In this document: in pieces, positions 38,925-51,119 of the stretch | Numbering within the stretch: position 1 is the stretch's first letter | Layout of the letters: the number at the start of each line of letters is the position of its first letter | Assembly: GCA_030704615.1 (NCBI GenBank) | Contig: CM060734.1 | Span: 29,946,001-30,010,000, forward strand | Direction of reading: 5' to 3' | Source of the DNA: Takakia lepidozioides | Taxonomy: Eukaryota; Plantae; Bryophyta | DNA length: 64,000 nt | Program-made: the position numbers and the translations under genes | The notes under the pieces: generated by a model | Told to the model about the DNA's origin: nothing | What the model saw: only the letters and a program-made list of their open reading frames with translations | The model's database searches: none

Positions 38925-40923
38925 TTACCCCTCCCCCTCTAAAAAAACCGTGTCCTCACGGTTTACTGTTTGGGATCAGCAAACCTTTGTGAGCGAGCAC
39001 CTTTCTGTCGGTGAGAGTCTCGTGAAGGACTCCGTGTGCGAGCCCGAGTCTTGTCACTGGCTGATGGAGGCGATTGAGCACTACCTGGAAATGTTTGACC
39101 CTCCTTTGGCTGATAACGAGGTAACCTCTCAGGCATAGGAGATCTCCGTCGTTTCTTCTCTGCCATCTGAAGTGCATAGTCCTCTGCCATGTCAAAAGAG
39201 TCCTCTGAAGAACCAGTAGTATCAGAATCCTCGTCCTCCCTTAGGTGTTTTAACGGCCGAACTTTAAGTGGCTTCTCGGGAATCCTGCGTGGCATACAAT
39301 GTGGGCCCACCATGTCTGGAAGTTTAAATTGTACGACTTGTTGTAAGCGCTTGCAAGCAAAATTAGTGAACGCCCTGAACTCCTTAGCCGTATAGGTGAG
39401 AGGTGTGTCAATGACTTTGGAACAGTGTAAGTATTTCCAGGCTTCATGTCCCTTAAATAAAATATCATCAGGGCCGAATTTCTCTGTTGCCAAATTGTTC
39501 CAAGCCGAATTAAACCAAGAACAAAGTTGGGAATCCTTCTGCATCATAACTTTTGCATCATACAGGTACATATGATGTGGCACTAAAGGTAAGACCCAAT
39601 GATCCCCACTGGAATAGCTCAGAAATCGTGATTGCATCTTCTGCTGCTCAATGTGATAACGTGCCATTAAACAAGCAGCATAGTATAATCCACAGCCCAT
39701 GACAATACTAGATACCTCCTTGGTCTTGGTATAGATGTACCCATGTACAACCTGGAAGGCAATTAATTCCTTCAGCATGGTACCTGCCTCAGACCAGTAC
39801 CTGCAAAGTGATGATCCTCAATGGGTCGATTGTTCGGAAGAACCTTAGTCCGAGTTGCCACTGACAACCAAATGCGCATGATCTGGTAGTAATGTGCCAA
39901 CGACTGTGGAGGACTAAATTCCTTCCAAGCCAAATCCAGCACAATGGGAATTTGGTTGAAGGGCATAATCATAGCCCGACTGTACTCCCGTGCAGCAGGA
40001 GTTCTAGGTGGGTTAAAAGCAGCATCCCCCCATACCTCAGGCTGTGGTTTTGTTGTAGTAGCAACAGGGTCAGCTACCTGCATAGGCACTTGCTGTGGTA
40101 TTGGTACCACTGACATCTCCTGCACCTCCTGCAAAGAAGACTGAAAAATTAGAGTCCTGACATATAAATAAGTAGCCATCAGCTGCTCCTCAGGAACAAA
40201 GACTTTCTTGTCAATATTTGAACTCAGGTCATCCACTTGAGTCTGCAGGCCTTCCACATCCTCCTGTAGCTCCGCTGTCCTACTATAGACATTGTCTATA
40301 GTAGTTGTGGCAATATTCTGCACCTGCAATCTGAGCTCATTCATCTCGCCTTGGGTGAGCTTCCTTGGTGCTTTGCCTTTTACCGGCCCTTGTGCTAACC
40401 ATACCTGCATAAGATGGTTATCCACCAAGTCCTGTGTGGCACCCCTGAGAGTTTGCTCCTCCGTGAGTCTGTACACATCTAACTGCTGCTGTAAAGCTCC
40501 ATGTGCTTTGCATGAGGTTCAACCAGGCCCGCATAGGCAGCAGCCAGATTATTGGCTTCCTTCCAAGCCTTGTTAGCCGCAGATAGTTCATTTCTATTGA
40601 CCATGACTGTTTGTTGCAACTCCAGGATGTACCTCTCCTGGTCAGCCTCAACCTGTCTGTACTGTTGGAAAGTATTATCATTGCGACAGATTGTAGCCTG
40701 CAAATCAACAATGAGTCTCCCTTGCTCTATTATCTCAGTTTCTTCCATCATACATCTCTCCCCTTGTCTGTTAACTTCTAATGCAGTTTGCTCTAGAGCA
40801 GTTGTTAGTGTAGCACATTGTATGGTCATCCTCTGATGTACTGCCTCCAACTCTGTATGTAGTACGTTCACTTCTTGCAACTTGCCCTCATGCTTCACCT
40901 GCAATTGGTATAACTGTTGCTTA
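38925..40923 (-). pseudogene. Frameshifted 3' part of the gypsy long ORF (copy A)
   Basis: ORFs 38963-39778, 39772-40476 and 40479-40904 align with the C-terminal ~690 aa of 44470-47838. Confidence 0.9.
38927..38940 (-). other. Polypurine tract
   Basis: AGAGGGGGAGGGGT-AA-TGTTAG on the minus strand; identical arrangement at 44497-44510. Confidence 0.85.
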
Positions 40924-41400
40924 CACTAGAAGCATTCGTGTCATTTACTACTGGGGTAACGACTCATTTTGAGTCGTAAAAGTCAAAAAACTGGGATCGA
41001 CTAGAAGTTACAAACGACTAGTTACAACAGACGTGGAAGTTGGGTCGGACATCCAATGATTGGAGTGGTAAAGGACGCAGACGCGCGAACAACTGCTCAG
41101 CGATTATTGCAATTAATGCTGAAGAACCACGTGGCGTAACCAGGCGGGCCGCCCGTGTGTCTGACCTTTTGTGCTGACTTTGACTTTTCCCTCCGGATGA
41201 GTGGACTGACTCACCGGAGTGCGGTGACACATGGATGCGGACGTGGACGACGATGTGGACGCCGACGTGGCGGCGCCACGGCGAGCAGCACTGCTGCCAC
41301 GTGCCACTGGGCATGTAGCACTGCAAGTTATGTGGTCAACTACCACGTGGCGTCCTGCAACTGCCGAAGTCGGCGCTACCACTGTTTTACTACTTTAAAT
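40924..41400 (+). mobile_element. Putative CACTA/EnSpm terminus truncating gypsy copy A
   Basis: Homology with copy B stops exactly at ctgttgctta|CACTAGAAG; subterminal AACGAC/GTCGTA repeats follow. The other end was not found. Confidence 0.55.
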
Positions 41401-41779
41401 GAAGTGCTCAAAATTACTTGAACAATCACTCATAGTGGTTCATGCTTTGAAGTTTTGGTGTTTGTAATGAGCCGACTAGTACATATGCATGTAATGCCAT
41501 ACAAGAGAACTAATCATGTCATTAGAAATGCGAAAACAATGAAAGACATGCCATGAAACAAAACAAAATGAAAATGAAATGAAATGAAACAAATGGTACT
41601 TTCTTACATCTGCGGAAAGCTCAAAGAGCTTATGATACAAAATGAAAAAATCAAAGTAAAAAAGCAGCCCAAAGCTACTACTGCTTTGGGGATTGCCTAA
41701 GGGTCAAGGCCTCATGCAGGTAAGCTGCCAAGCAATTGTGATCCTCATAATGCAAGGCTTAGTGTCAGATTGAGTCCCA

Positions 41780-43460
41780 TGGAATAGACCATCTACCCAT
41801 GCAGGTTTCTTGTAGCTATTGATCCACAGGGAATCATAGGTAATCTTGTGCTTGAAATCTAGCCCTTTTGGATGAATGTGGACCCACACTCTCTTTGCTC
41901 CTTCAACTATACATGCCTCTGCACAAATCATGCATTCATCCTTGCCTCGCTGCTAGTAGCTGACAATGACAGCCTCGATTTATTCTAGGAAGTATCCAAC
42001 TCAGCTTCTCACACTAGTTCTTATGCTGAATGCATCTGTTAGTCTATGAAATGTAACAGGTATTCACCTTTTTGCCTTGGTTGTCCCATCATTGACTGGG
42101 GCAGAATAGTATTCATTCCACAACTTCTCCTCATCTCTGTTACTTGTTTTTTGATACTTTCCTGTTGTCACATTGGCAGTATCATGTCAAAGTCACTCCA
42201 AACTAGATTCACTCAACCAGCTAACTTGCAGAATTCAACATGGAAATTTAGGGCCAATTCTGATTAGAGGGAAAAACAAGGTGAAATGTGTTGAATAAGA
42301 TGTCTTCATTAGCAGTGTCTGATTTTATAAATTGTGCCGCTGCTGCCAGTTGACCATCTACCCATGCAGGTTTGTTGTAGCTATAGAGTCAATCTGGAGC
42401 TTGAAGCCCGGCCCTCTTGGGTGAATCTACACCCACACTCTATCCCTGCTCCGTCAACTATCTATGCCTCAAATCATGCATATATCATTGTCTTGCTGCT
42501 AGCAGCTGATGATGACAGCCTAGATTTGTTCATACACCCCAACCCTATTTGGAAAAACAGGCTGAAATATGTTGAGGAAGGTGCCTTCATTAATTAGCAG
42601 CACCTCATTCTATCAATTGTGTTGCCGCTACTGTTTCCACTTGCAACAATTGACCATCTACTCCAGCTGATTTCTTTTAGCTATTGATCCCTCAGCCTGA
42701 ACCTGAACATGAATCTGGACCTCTATCCCTGGTCCCTCAACTATCCTTGCTCGCGTACAGATCATGAATACATCCCTCAGCCTTGCTGTTAGCAGCTGAC
42801 AGTGACGGCGTGAAGTTCTTTCAGAAAACACCCCAACCTAGGACTTAACAGTAGTTCCAATTCTGAATTGCAACTGCTTCTCTCTGTAGTCGAACAAGCA
42901 CTCACATTTTTGTCTCCATTGTCCCCCCACTGACTGGGGTCGGAAAGTGTTCATCCCAAAGCTTCTCTTCATCTTGTTATCTGTTTTTGGGTACTTTCCT
43001 GCTGCCACATCAGCAGTAACTTGTCAAAGTCACTCCAAACCACCCCACATCCACCCAACGAGCTAACTTACAACATTCAATATGCAAATTCAAGGCTGGG
43101 TCTGATGAGAGGGAAAAATAGGCTGAAATAGGTCGAAGAAGAAGGTGCCCTCACCACATTGTCCTCAACCTTGTGTCATGACCCATGGAGGATTTGACTG
43201 ACCATGCACCCAAGATGACCTCTTGTGTGTGCGAGGTGTGTGCTGCTTCCACAGGGAATTGTAGGCGATCTGGAGCTTGAAATCCGGCCCTCTTGGATGA
43301 ATCTGGACCCACACTGCTCCCTGCTCCTTCAGCTATCCATGCCTCTGCACAAATCATGCATACATCCTTGCCTTGATGCTAGCAGCTGACAATAACACTC
43401 TAGAATTGTTCCAGCAAACACCCCAACCCTACTTATCACACTAGTTCCTATGTTGACTTG
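41780..43460. repeat. Four diverged copies of a 200-700 bp non-coding unit
   Basis: Shared blocks (gaccatcta..., cttgaa...ccctcttggatgaatctggaccc..., aatcatgca...gctagcagctgac) at about 41790, 42350, 42650 and 43250. Confidence 0.7.
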
Positions 43461-44494
43461 TGTCAAGCGGCTATTACTCACCCATCCCTTCGCTATCCGA
43501 GGTGGGAACTCCAAGGTAGAAGAGTTGGAAATCTCTAAGCACTCAGCCCGCTCAGAACAATCAGTCATGACCTACAGCTAGTGTATCATGGGGGTGTTTC
43601 CTATTTGTATTCCTTCCCGTATTCATGTTAGTTAGTTACCTTACTGTTGGTATTTAAGTATCAGATTGCTTCAGCAATCTATCGGATTCCATCAACTCAT
43701 ACATTCATTTCACAGCTTCACTCAGATCTCTCTACACATGGTGAGTATGAAGTATGTATCAGATTAATATCTATCAAGTATCAGGCTGAAGCCATGGAGT
43801 CTCTAATCTGCTCTACATTACAACTCTACTCCTTGCATTCATCAAGCATCAACAGATCGTTCTCCTCCTACTCCGTGCTCTCCCTCTTTCTACTCAAAGA
43901 TGCGCTCCCCGCTTCATTTCCCCCTCCGTGATGCCAGCAGTCCCCCAAAGAAGTAGTCCCCAAGAAGTGCTCCCCCCAGATGTCCCCACTTCTCGCTTTA
44001 TCTATTTACAAGCCGTTCTAACCGCTTTCCTAACTAACCGTTATCTCTGTAGTACACGTTCTTTTTTTCAGATGTCGTTCCCCCACAGTCGTTCCCTGCC
44101 AATGGTAACTGTTCCCCAGCTGTGCCGAGCTGTGACTGGCTGTATCAGGCTGTGGCGGGCTGTGACTGGCTGTGTCGGACTGTGTAGGGCTGTGCGAAGC
44201 TGTGGCGGCTGTGTCGGGCTGTGACGGGCTGTGTTGGCTGTGCGAAGCTGTGACGGGCTGTGCTGGCTGTGACTGGTTGTGTTGGACTGTGATGGGCTGT
44301 GTTGGCTGTGACTGGCTGTGTTGGACTGTGACGGGCTGTGACGGGCTGTGATGGACTGTGTTGGGCTGTGTATCTCCCCCCCTAAAGCCTGTTGCTGTCA
44401 CCCCTAAGGCTCATATTGGTCTTAGTCTGTGTCAAAATTAAGGGTACCCCACACATCCCGTAAAAGCGTCTAAGTCCCAAGCAGTCCTCTAACA
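43461..44494 (-). mobile_element. 3' LTR of gypsy copy B
   Basis: TG...CA ends, preceded by a PPT, internal GGCTGTGAC repeats; homologous to 37896-38924. Confidence 0.85.
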
Positions 44495-47400
44495 TTACCC
44501 CTCCCCCTCTCAAAAAGCCGTGTCCTCACGGTTTGCTGTTTGGGATTTGTAAACCTTTGTGAGCGAGCACCTTTCTGACGGTTAGAGTCTCGTGAAGGAC
44601 TCCTTATGCGAGCTCGAGTCCTGTCACTGGTTGACGGAGATGATTGAACACTACCTGGATATGTCAGTCCCTCCTTTGGCTGATATCGAGGTAATCTTTT
44701 AGGCATAGGAGACCCCCGTCGCTTCTTCTCTGCCATCTGAATTGCATAGTCCTCTGCCATGTCAAAAGAGTCCACTGAAGAAACAGTAGTATCAGAATCC
44801 TCGTCCCCCCCGAGGTGTTTTAACGGTCGAACTCTAACTGGAATTCTTTGGGGCATACAATGTTGTCCCACCATGTCTGGAAGTTTAAACTGCAAAACTT
44901 GCTGTAAGCGCTGAATGACAAAATTGGTGAAGACCCTGAACTCCTTGTCTGTCCAGGTGAGTGGGGTACCAATGACTTGTGAATTGTGCAAGTTTTTCCA
45001 TGCCTCATGGCCCTTAAAGAAAATATTGTCAGGCCCGAATTTCTGTGTTGACAAATTGTTCCAGGCCGCATGAAACCATGAATGAAGTTGGGAGTCCTTT
45101 TGCATCATCACCTTTGCATCATAGAGGTACATATGAGGTGGCACTGAAGGTAAGACCCAATGATCCCCACTGGAATAACTCAGAAAGCGCGATTGCATCT
45201 TCTGCTGCTCAATGTGATAACGTGCCAGAAAACAAGCAGCATAGTATAACCCGCAGCCCATGACAATACTTGCTACCTCCTTGGTCTTGGTATAAATGTA
45301 CCCATGTACAACTTGGAAGGCAATTAATTCCTTCAACATGGTACTTGCCTCATGCCAGTACCTCGCAAAGTGATGATCCTCAATGGGTCGATTGTTCGGA
45401 AGAACCTTAGTCCTAGTTGCCACTGGCAGCCAAATGCGCATGATTTGGTAGTAATGTGCCAACGACTGTGGAGGACTAAATTCCTTCCAAGCCAAATCCA
45501 ACACAATGGGAATTTGGTTGAAGGGCATAATCATAGCCCGATTGTACTCCCGTGCAGCATGAGTTTTAGGTGGGTTAAAAGCAGCATCCCCCCATACCTC
45601 AGGCTGTGGTGGCTGTGGTGTGGCTGTAGTAATAACAGGGTTAGCTACTGTCACAGTGACTTGTTGTGGTCTTGGTGGCACTGGCTCTTGTACCACTGGC
45701 ATCTCCTGCAACCCCTGCGAAGAAGACTGAAAAGCCAAAGTTCTGGCATGTAAATAAGAAGCCACCAGCTGCTCCTCAGGTGCAAAGACTCTCTTGTCGA
45801 TATTTGAAGTGAGGTCCTCCACCCGAGTCTGCAGGCCGTCTACATCCTCCTGTAACTCCGTTATCCTACTATAGACATTGTCTATAGTAGTTGTGGCAAT
45901 GTTCTGCACTTGCAGTCTGAGCTCATTCATCTCGCTTTGGGTGAGCTTTCGTGGTGCTTTGCCCTCCACCGGCCCTTGTGCTAACCAGACCTGCATAAGG
46001 TGGTTATCCACCAAGTTGCTTGTGGCACCCCTGAGAATCTGCTCCTCTGTGAGCCTGTATACATCTATCTGCTGCTGTAAAGCCTCCATGCGCTTTGCAT
46101 GAGGTTCAACCAAACTTGCATATGCAGCAGCCAGATTATTGGCTTCCTTCCAAGCCTTGTTAGCTACAGAGAGTTCATTTCTATTGGACATGAGCGTTTG
46201 TTGCAATTCCAGGATGTACCTCTCTTGGTCAGCTTCAACCTGCCTGTATTGCTTGAAAGTATTCTTGTTGCGACAGATTGTATTCTTCATATCAATAATG
46301 AGTTTCGTCTGCTCGAGATTATCAGCCTGTGCCTTCATACATCTTTCCGCTTGGTTGTTAACTTCTAATGTAGTTTGCTCAAGCGTAGTTGTGAGTGTAG
46401 CACATTGTATGGCCATCCTGTCATGCACTGTCTGCAACTCCGTATGTAGTGCATTCACTTCTTGCAACTTGCTTTCATGCTTCACCTGCATTTGGTATAG
46501 CTGTTGCTTATGTGCTTCGTGCAACTGGTCTTGCGCGAGGCCTGCCTCAATCAATTGTTTCTTGGCCAATTGCAAAGCAGCTTTTGTACTCTCTAAGTCT
46601 TGCTGCATCTTGAGTGTGACCTCCTCATCAACCTTGTTTGCACACTCAGTGGCAAGTCGAGCCTCAAACTCCTTCCTGAGTTCCTCCCTCAAAGCTGTCA
46701 ATTGGGTAGTTGGAACATGGGATTTGACATAAGTGCCCAACAAATTAAGTGTCCTACTTATGGAACTCATAAGCATGGTCTGTTGAGGGTCATCATGGTG
46801 AGCTTGCTGCTGTTCTCCCTGATCCTCAACAGTGTGATGCCTCACGAACCATTCAGGCCATTGCCCCACCATATTTTCTTCCTGAACCACTTCATCCGTC
46901 ACAGGTGCTGCAGTGTCTTGACATTCTACCTGTGGTACCTCCGTTACAGGTGTGGGTATTATATGTACAGCAGGGTTTCCCCTGGACAACCACTGTACCT
47001 CTGGAATCATTGTTTCCCTGACCAAGCCAGAATTTTCATAGAGAAGGTCCCCCTTCTCAATTTCTGCCACCACCTGTTCTGTAGTGGGGATATCTAACCC
47101 TTCTTTCTCCAAATCAATTATTTGTGGTGGAACTGCATGGACAACTTGTGGTAACTCTGTGACAAGCCGATCATCTGGCTGTGATGGCTGTGATACTGAA
47201 GTAACATCCTGTTCTCTCTCCACATGTTGCGTTGTTTGTACCCACATCTCTCTGTGCTGTTGTGCCCCCTCTTGCACAAGAGTATGAGTAACTTCTTCCT
47301 CTAGCTGTCTCCTAGCCAATGGTTCTGCTTCTAATGTGATTGCTTTTCTCTGCCTCTTAGGCTGTTGATGCTCTGCCAATCCCCCTTCACCCTGTGAAGA

Positions 47401-47613
47401 ACCTTGCTCTTCTATGGCAGTGGTTGTTGTCTCAAACACTCCCATCTCCTTCCTTTCTCTCGCATCAAGTATGCACGAGTCTAGAATAATTTGTGCAATG
47501 ATTGGCCCAGACACTATGATAGGAGACTTTGCGGCAGTGCCTTGTAATCTCTTCATCTCCTCTACCAGTGCGTTGTACATTATGTCCGCCCATGCTACCT
47601 CTACTCCTCTCAG
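44470..47613 (-). CDS. Uninterrupted ~1050-aa portion of the gypsy post-integrase long ORF (copy B); function unknown
   Basis: Open frame from LRGVEVAW to the stop inside the LTR; Q/E-rich and coiled-coil regions and an aromatic-rich C-terminal domain. The first ~75 aa of the predicted 1122-aa ORF come from unrelated sequence across a breakpoint. Confidence 0.75.
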   Translation of the reverse strand: MRGVEVAWADIMYNALVEEMKRLQGTAAKSPIIVSGPIIAQIILDSCILDARERKEMGVFETTTTAIEEQGSSQGEGGLAEHQQPKRQRKAITLEAEPLARRQLEEEVTHTLVQEGAQQHREMWVQTTQHVEREQDVTSVSQPSQPDDRLVTELPQVVHAVPPQIIDLEKEGLDIPTTEQVVAEIEKGDLLYENSGLVRETMIPEVQWLSRGNPAVHIIPTPVTEVPQVECQDTAAPVTDEVVQEENMVGQWPEWFVRHHTVEDQGEQQQAHHDDPQQTMLMSSISRTLNLLGTYVKSHVPTTQLTALREELRKEFEARLATECANKVDEEVTLKMQQDLESTKAALQLAKKQLIEAGLAQDQLHEAHKQQLYQMQVKHESKLQEVNALHTELQTVHDRMAIQCATLTTTLEQTTLEVNNQAERCMKAQADNLEQTKLIIDMKNTICRNKNTFKQYRQVEADQERYILELQQTLMSNRNELSVANKAWKEANNLAAAYASLVEPHAKRMEALQQQIDVYRLTEEQILRGATSNLVDNHLMQVWLAQGPVEGKAPRKLTQSEMNELRLQVQNIATTTIDNVYSRITELQEDVDGLQTRVEDLTSNIDKRVFAPEEQLVASYLHARTLAFQSSSQGLQEMPVVQEPVPPRPQQVTVTVANPVITTATPQPPQPEVWGDAAFNPPKTHAAREYNRAMIMPFNQIPIVLDLAWKEFSPPQSLAHYYQIMRIWLPVATRTKVLPNNRPIEDHHFARYWHEASTMLKELIAFQVVHGYIYTKTKEVASIVMGCGLYYAACFLARYHIEQQKMQSRFLSYSSGDHWVLPSVPPHMYLYDAKVMMQKDSQLHSWFHAAWNNLSTQKFGPDNIFFKGHEAWKNLHNSQVIGTPLTWTDKEFRVFTNFVIQRLQQVLQFKLPDMVGQHCMPQRIPVRVRPLKHLGGDEDSDTTVSSVDSFDMAEDYAIQMAEKKRRGSPMPKRLPRYQPKEGLTYPGSVQSSPSTSDRTRARIRSPSRDSNRQKGARSQRFTNPKQQTVRTRLFERGRGNVRGLLGT

Positions 47614-48359
47614 TTTCTGCTTCTGCTGGTATTGACATTTTTCAAGTGGATTTGTTCTTACTGTAGGATGCCAAGTACTGTAGGAGGGACGTCTACACCG
47701 CAGTTCATGGGCAGGAGGAACGTGCATTTTTTTGCCAGGGGGGGTTTCATGCCTAGTCCAGAAAGGGACTACATCCTTCCTACTTATGTTGCTCGGCTTG
47801 CTTCGGTGTCCATTAGGAGGTGTTCCGAACCTAGTCATGTACAGCAGATTTTAGACGAGGCAAGCCTCAAGAAAATGAAGATGAGGGAGGAGGTAGCAGC
47901 TATTAGAGCCCGTCAGGCTCGTAGATTTGTCTTGGATTCAGCTGAGGAAAGTGGGGGAGAAGATGCAGAAGATTCCCAGGAGGTGAGGTGGACAGTCCCC
48001 CAAGAGGACGAGATTTTTGAGAGGCATAGTGGAACTGATGCATCACAGAGCTCGGAGGATGAGGGGGATGAGGGGGATGAGGAAGAAGGTGGGGCAAGTT
48101 CCTTGGAGGGTGTAGGAGAGTAGTGCCCATTCCGGCTATGACAGTTAGAACACACTTGTATAGACGTGGCTTGCCACAAAATTTGCAATAAAATGTTGCA
48201 TTTCAAGTCCACTGGTGCCACATTTCAACTTCACATGACCCTATTTTCGTGCCTCCTAACCCTATTTCCGTGGACACACAATGGTCTGCTCATGTTTTTT
48301 TTTTTTTCCGCTCATGCTCATGCCGCTCATGAAATAGCAGCCCCCCTTTAAAAGTACCG

Positions 48360-49262
48360 AAAAGCGAAATCCATGTCACATGTGTTATCCTAGTGGACAG
48401 TCCAGAGTGGAAAATCCATGGAAGGAAATTAAATCTAAAATCCAGTTACAGCCAATCATAAGCCAGAAGCAGGATCAAGAAATTGGAGGGATTTTAAGTG
48501 CAAGAGTCGGCGTCGTTCCAAGTAACGGGCGTCTCGACGGGACAGACCATCAATGCTATAGCTTTGAAGCTATGGAGGAACTAACAGACTATACGCTCGC
48601 GATACTATTTACGCAGTGGCACGTGGATAGAAGAACAGAGAGTATCTTTTCTCTTAATCGATGCTTGCAAGCCCCGCAGGCTTACAAGAAATTACCCATA
48701 GCATTTTGTGGCAACCATACGTTTATGCTTTGTGCCCTGCAGGCATTTCTTCAATTGTTACAGCCAAAACCTTTCTGTGGGTCTAGAATGAAGAGAGTGA
48801 GAGGAATGGAAGAAATCAGGGTGAAGAGCACCACAATCCTGCAGAAACAAACGATTGCTACTCCACAGGCGGTACAGTTACTGAAGGAGCTGCGATTAGA
48901 AGGATTGCAAAGCAAAGATTGGACATTGCACCATAGGCAGTACATGTTACAATTCTTGCAGAACTTTGAGCCTAGGACAGGAGCAACAACGGTGAAGGGA
49001 GTTGAATTAGAAGTTACTCCCCTATACCTACAACAACTGTTTGAATTGCCATCAGGTCAGGTGCATGTGGAGGAGCACAGGGCAAGACTGCAAATAGGGG
49101 ACTTATTCCAAGAAGGGAGTTTATTTAAAACTCAGGGTTATGCTTGTACCAAGGCCGTGTACCCAGGGCTAAGGGAGGTAGGCCAGGTATTGAACGTTCT
49201 GTTTGGCATGAAACAGAACCAACAGTATTTGAGAAGATCCTTCACAGAGGAAATACTAAAGA
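48360..49262 (+). pseudogene. Inverted upstream part of the same long ORF (copy B)
   Basis: Homologous first to 734-1210 (minus) and then to 1-410 (plus). It ends ...FTEEILK, which continues as LRGVEVAW at 47613 on the minus strand. Confidence 0.85.
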
Positions 49263-49344
49263 GCGAGGGGAGGTGCCTTACAAAATCAGGAGGCAACTTA
49301 CAATGCGACCACTCACTCGTAAACCATTTTTGGTACCATTTTCC

Positions 49345-50020
49345 TAGGTTGGGCCCGAATATGGCTAAGTCCCAGAACTGACTGGGCGCGGAACTAGAAA
49401 AATGGCGCCGAATTTCCGGTTGCAGTTCCATCCACCCTAGGGACTTAGCCATTTTCGGGGCTGAAAATGGCTAAGTCCCAGATCTGACTGGGTCCGGAAC
49501 TAGAAAAATGGCGCCGAATTTCCGATTTTGCTGCCAGCCACCCTAGGGACTTAGCCATTTTCGGCCCCGAAATGGAAAAATGGCGGTTTTTTTTTTTTTT
49601 TTTTTTTTTTTTTTCTCGGCGCCATTTTTCCAGTCGGGGCCGAAAATGGCTAAGTCCCAGATCTGATAGGGCGCGGAACTGGAAAAATGGTGCCGAATTT
49701 CCAGTTGCGGTTCCAGCCACCGTAGGGACTTAGCCATTTTCGGGGCCCTGAACTGGAAAAATGGCGCCATTTTTCCATTTCGGGGCCGAAAATGGCTAAG
49801 TCCCAGATCTGATTGGGCCCAAAACTGGAAAAATGGCGCCGAATTTCCGATTTTGGTGCCAGTCAGATCTGGGACTTAGCCGTTTTCGGCCCCGAACTGG
49901 AAAAAATGGCGTTTTTTTTTTTTTTTTTTTTTTTTGGCGCCATTTTTCCAGTTCGGGGCCGAAAATGGCTAAGTCCCAGATCTGACTGGCACCGAAATCG
50001 GAAATTCGGCGCCATTTTTC
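49345..50020. repeat. Fold-back repeat block (AAAATGGCTAAGTCCC / GGGACTTAGCCATTTT, AAAATGGCGCC) with T-tracts
   Basis: Multiple direct and inverted copies; the same motifs recur at 53450-53620 and 54410-54690. Confidence 0.85.
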
Positions 50021-50022
50021 CA

Positions 50023-51000
50023 GTCATGCAGGTAATTCGAAGAGCAGATGGATGGAAATCCGGCGCCGGATTTCCATCCGCCAGGTAAGTCGGCGCGCAA
50101 AATTTCCGTCATGCAGGTAATTCGAAGAGCGGATGGATGGAAATCCGGCGCCGGATTTCCATCCTCCAGGTAAGTCGGCGCTGCAAATTTCTGTCATGCA
50201 GGTTACTTGTGAGCGGATGGATGGAAATCCGGCGCATGATTTCCATCCGCCAGGTACAAAATTTCCGTCATGCAGGTAATTCGGAGCGCGGATGGATGGA
50301 AATCCGGCGACGGATTTCCATCCTCCAGGTAAGTCGGTGCACAAAATTTCCGTCATGCAGGTAATTCGAAGAGCGGATGGATGGAAATCCGGCGCCGGAT
50401 TTCCATCCGCCAGCTAAGTCGGCGCGCAAAATTTCCGTCATGCAGGTAATTCGAAGAGCGGATGGATGGAAATCCGGCGCCGGATTTCCATCCGCCATGT
50501 AGGTCGGCGCGCAAAATTTCCATCATGCAGGTAATTCGGAGCGCGGATGGATGGAAATCCGACGCCGGATTTCCATCCTCCAGGTAAGTCGGCGCTGCAA
50601 ATTTCCGTCATGCAGGTAATTCGAAGAGCGGATGGATGGAAATCCGGCGCCGGATTTCCATCCGCCAGGTAAGTCGGAGCGCGGCCGGATGGAAATCCGG
50701 CGCTAAATTTCCATCCTGTAGGTAACTCGGAGCGTCGAATTTCCGTCAGGCAGGTAATTCGGAGGGCGGATGGTTGGAAATCCGGCGCCGAATTTCCATC
50801 CTGCAGGTAACTCGGAGCGCCGAATTTCCGTCATGTAGGTAATTCGGAGAGCGGATGGATGGAAATCCGGTGTCGAATTTCCATCCTGCAAGTAATTTGG
50901 AGCCTGGATGGACGGAAATCCAGCGCCGAATTTCCATCCAACAGGTACCTTGGATTGCTGGATGGAAATTCGGCGCCGAATTACCATCCTGCAGGTAATT
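50023..51000. repeat. Tandem array, ~85-bp unit, each with a palindrome up to 30 bp (GGATGGAAATCCGGCGCCGGATTTCCATCC)
   Basis: Unit starts at 50023, 50108 and 50193; shorter degenerate units after 50700. Confidence 0.92.
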
Positions 51001-51119
51001 TCTGAGCGTGGCCGCTAGGTTTTTGGTCTAAGAAGACACTAAACCTTTAGTTTTTTTGGCTGAAGTCCACTTTTAGACACGTTTTTCAGGGAATTCTCGA
51101 TTGCTAGGGGGAAATCCGA

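Noticed and set aside
37896-44494. The two LTRs as the 5' and 3' ends of one element
   Set aside because: Each is preceded by its own PPT and ORF end, so both are 3' LTRs of separate copies. No shared TSD.
47614-47838. N-terminus of the predicted 1122-aa ORF
   Set aside because: It lies across the inversion breakpoint and is chance open frame in unrelated sequence.
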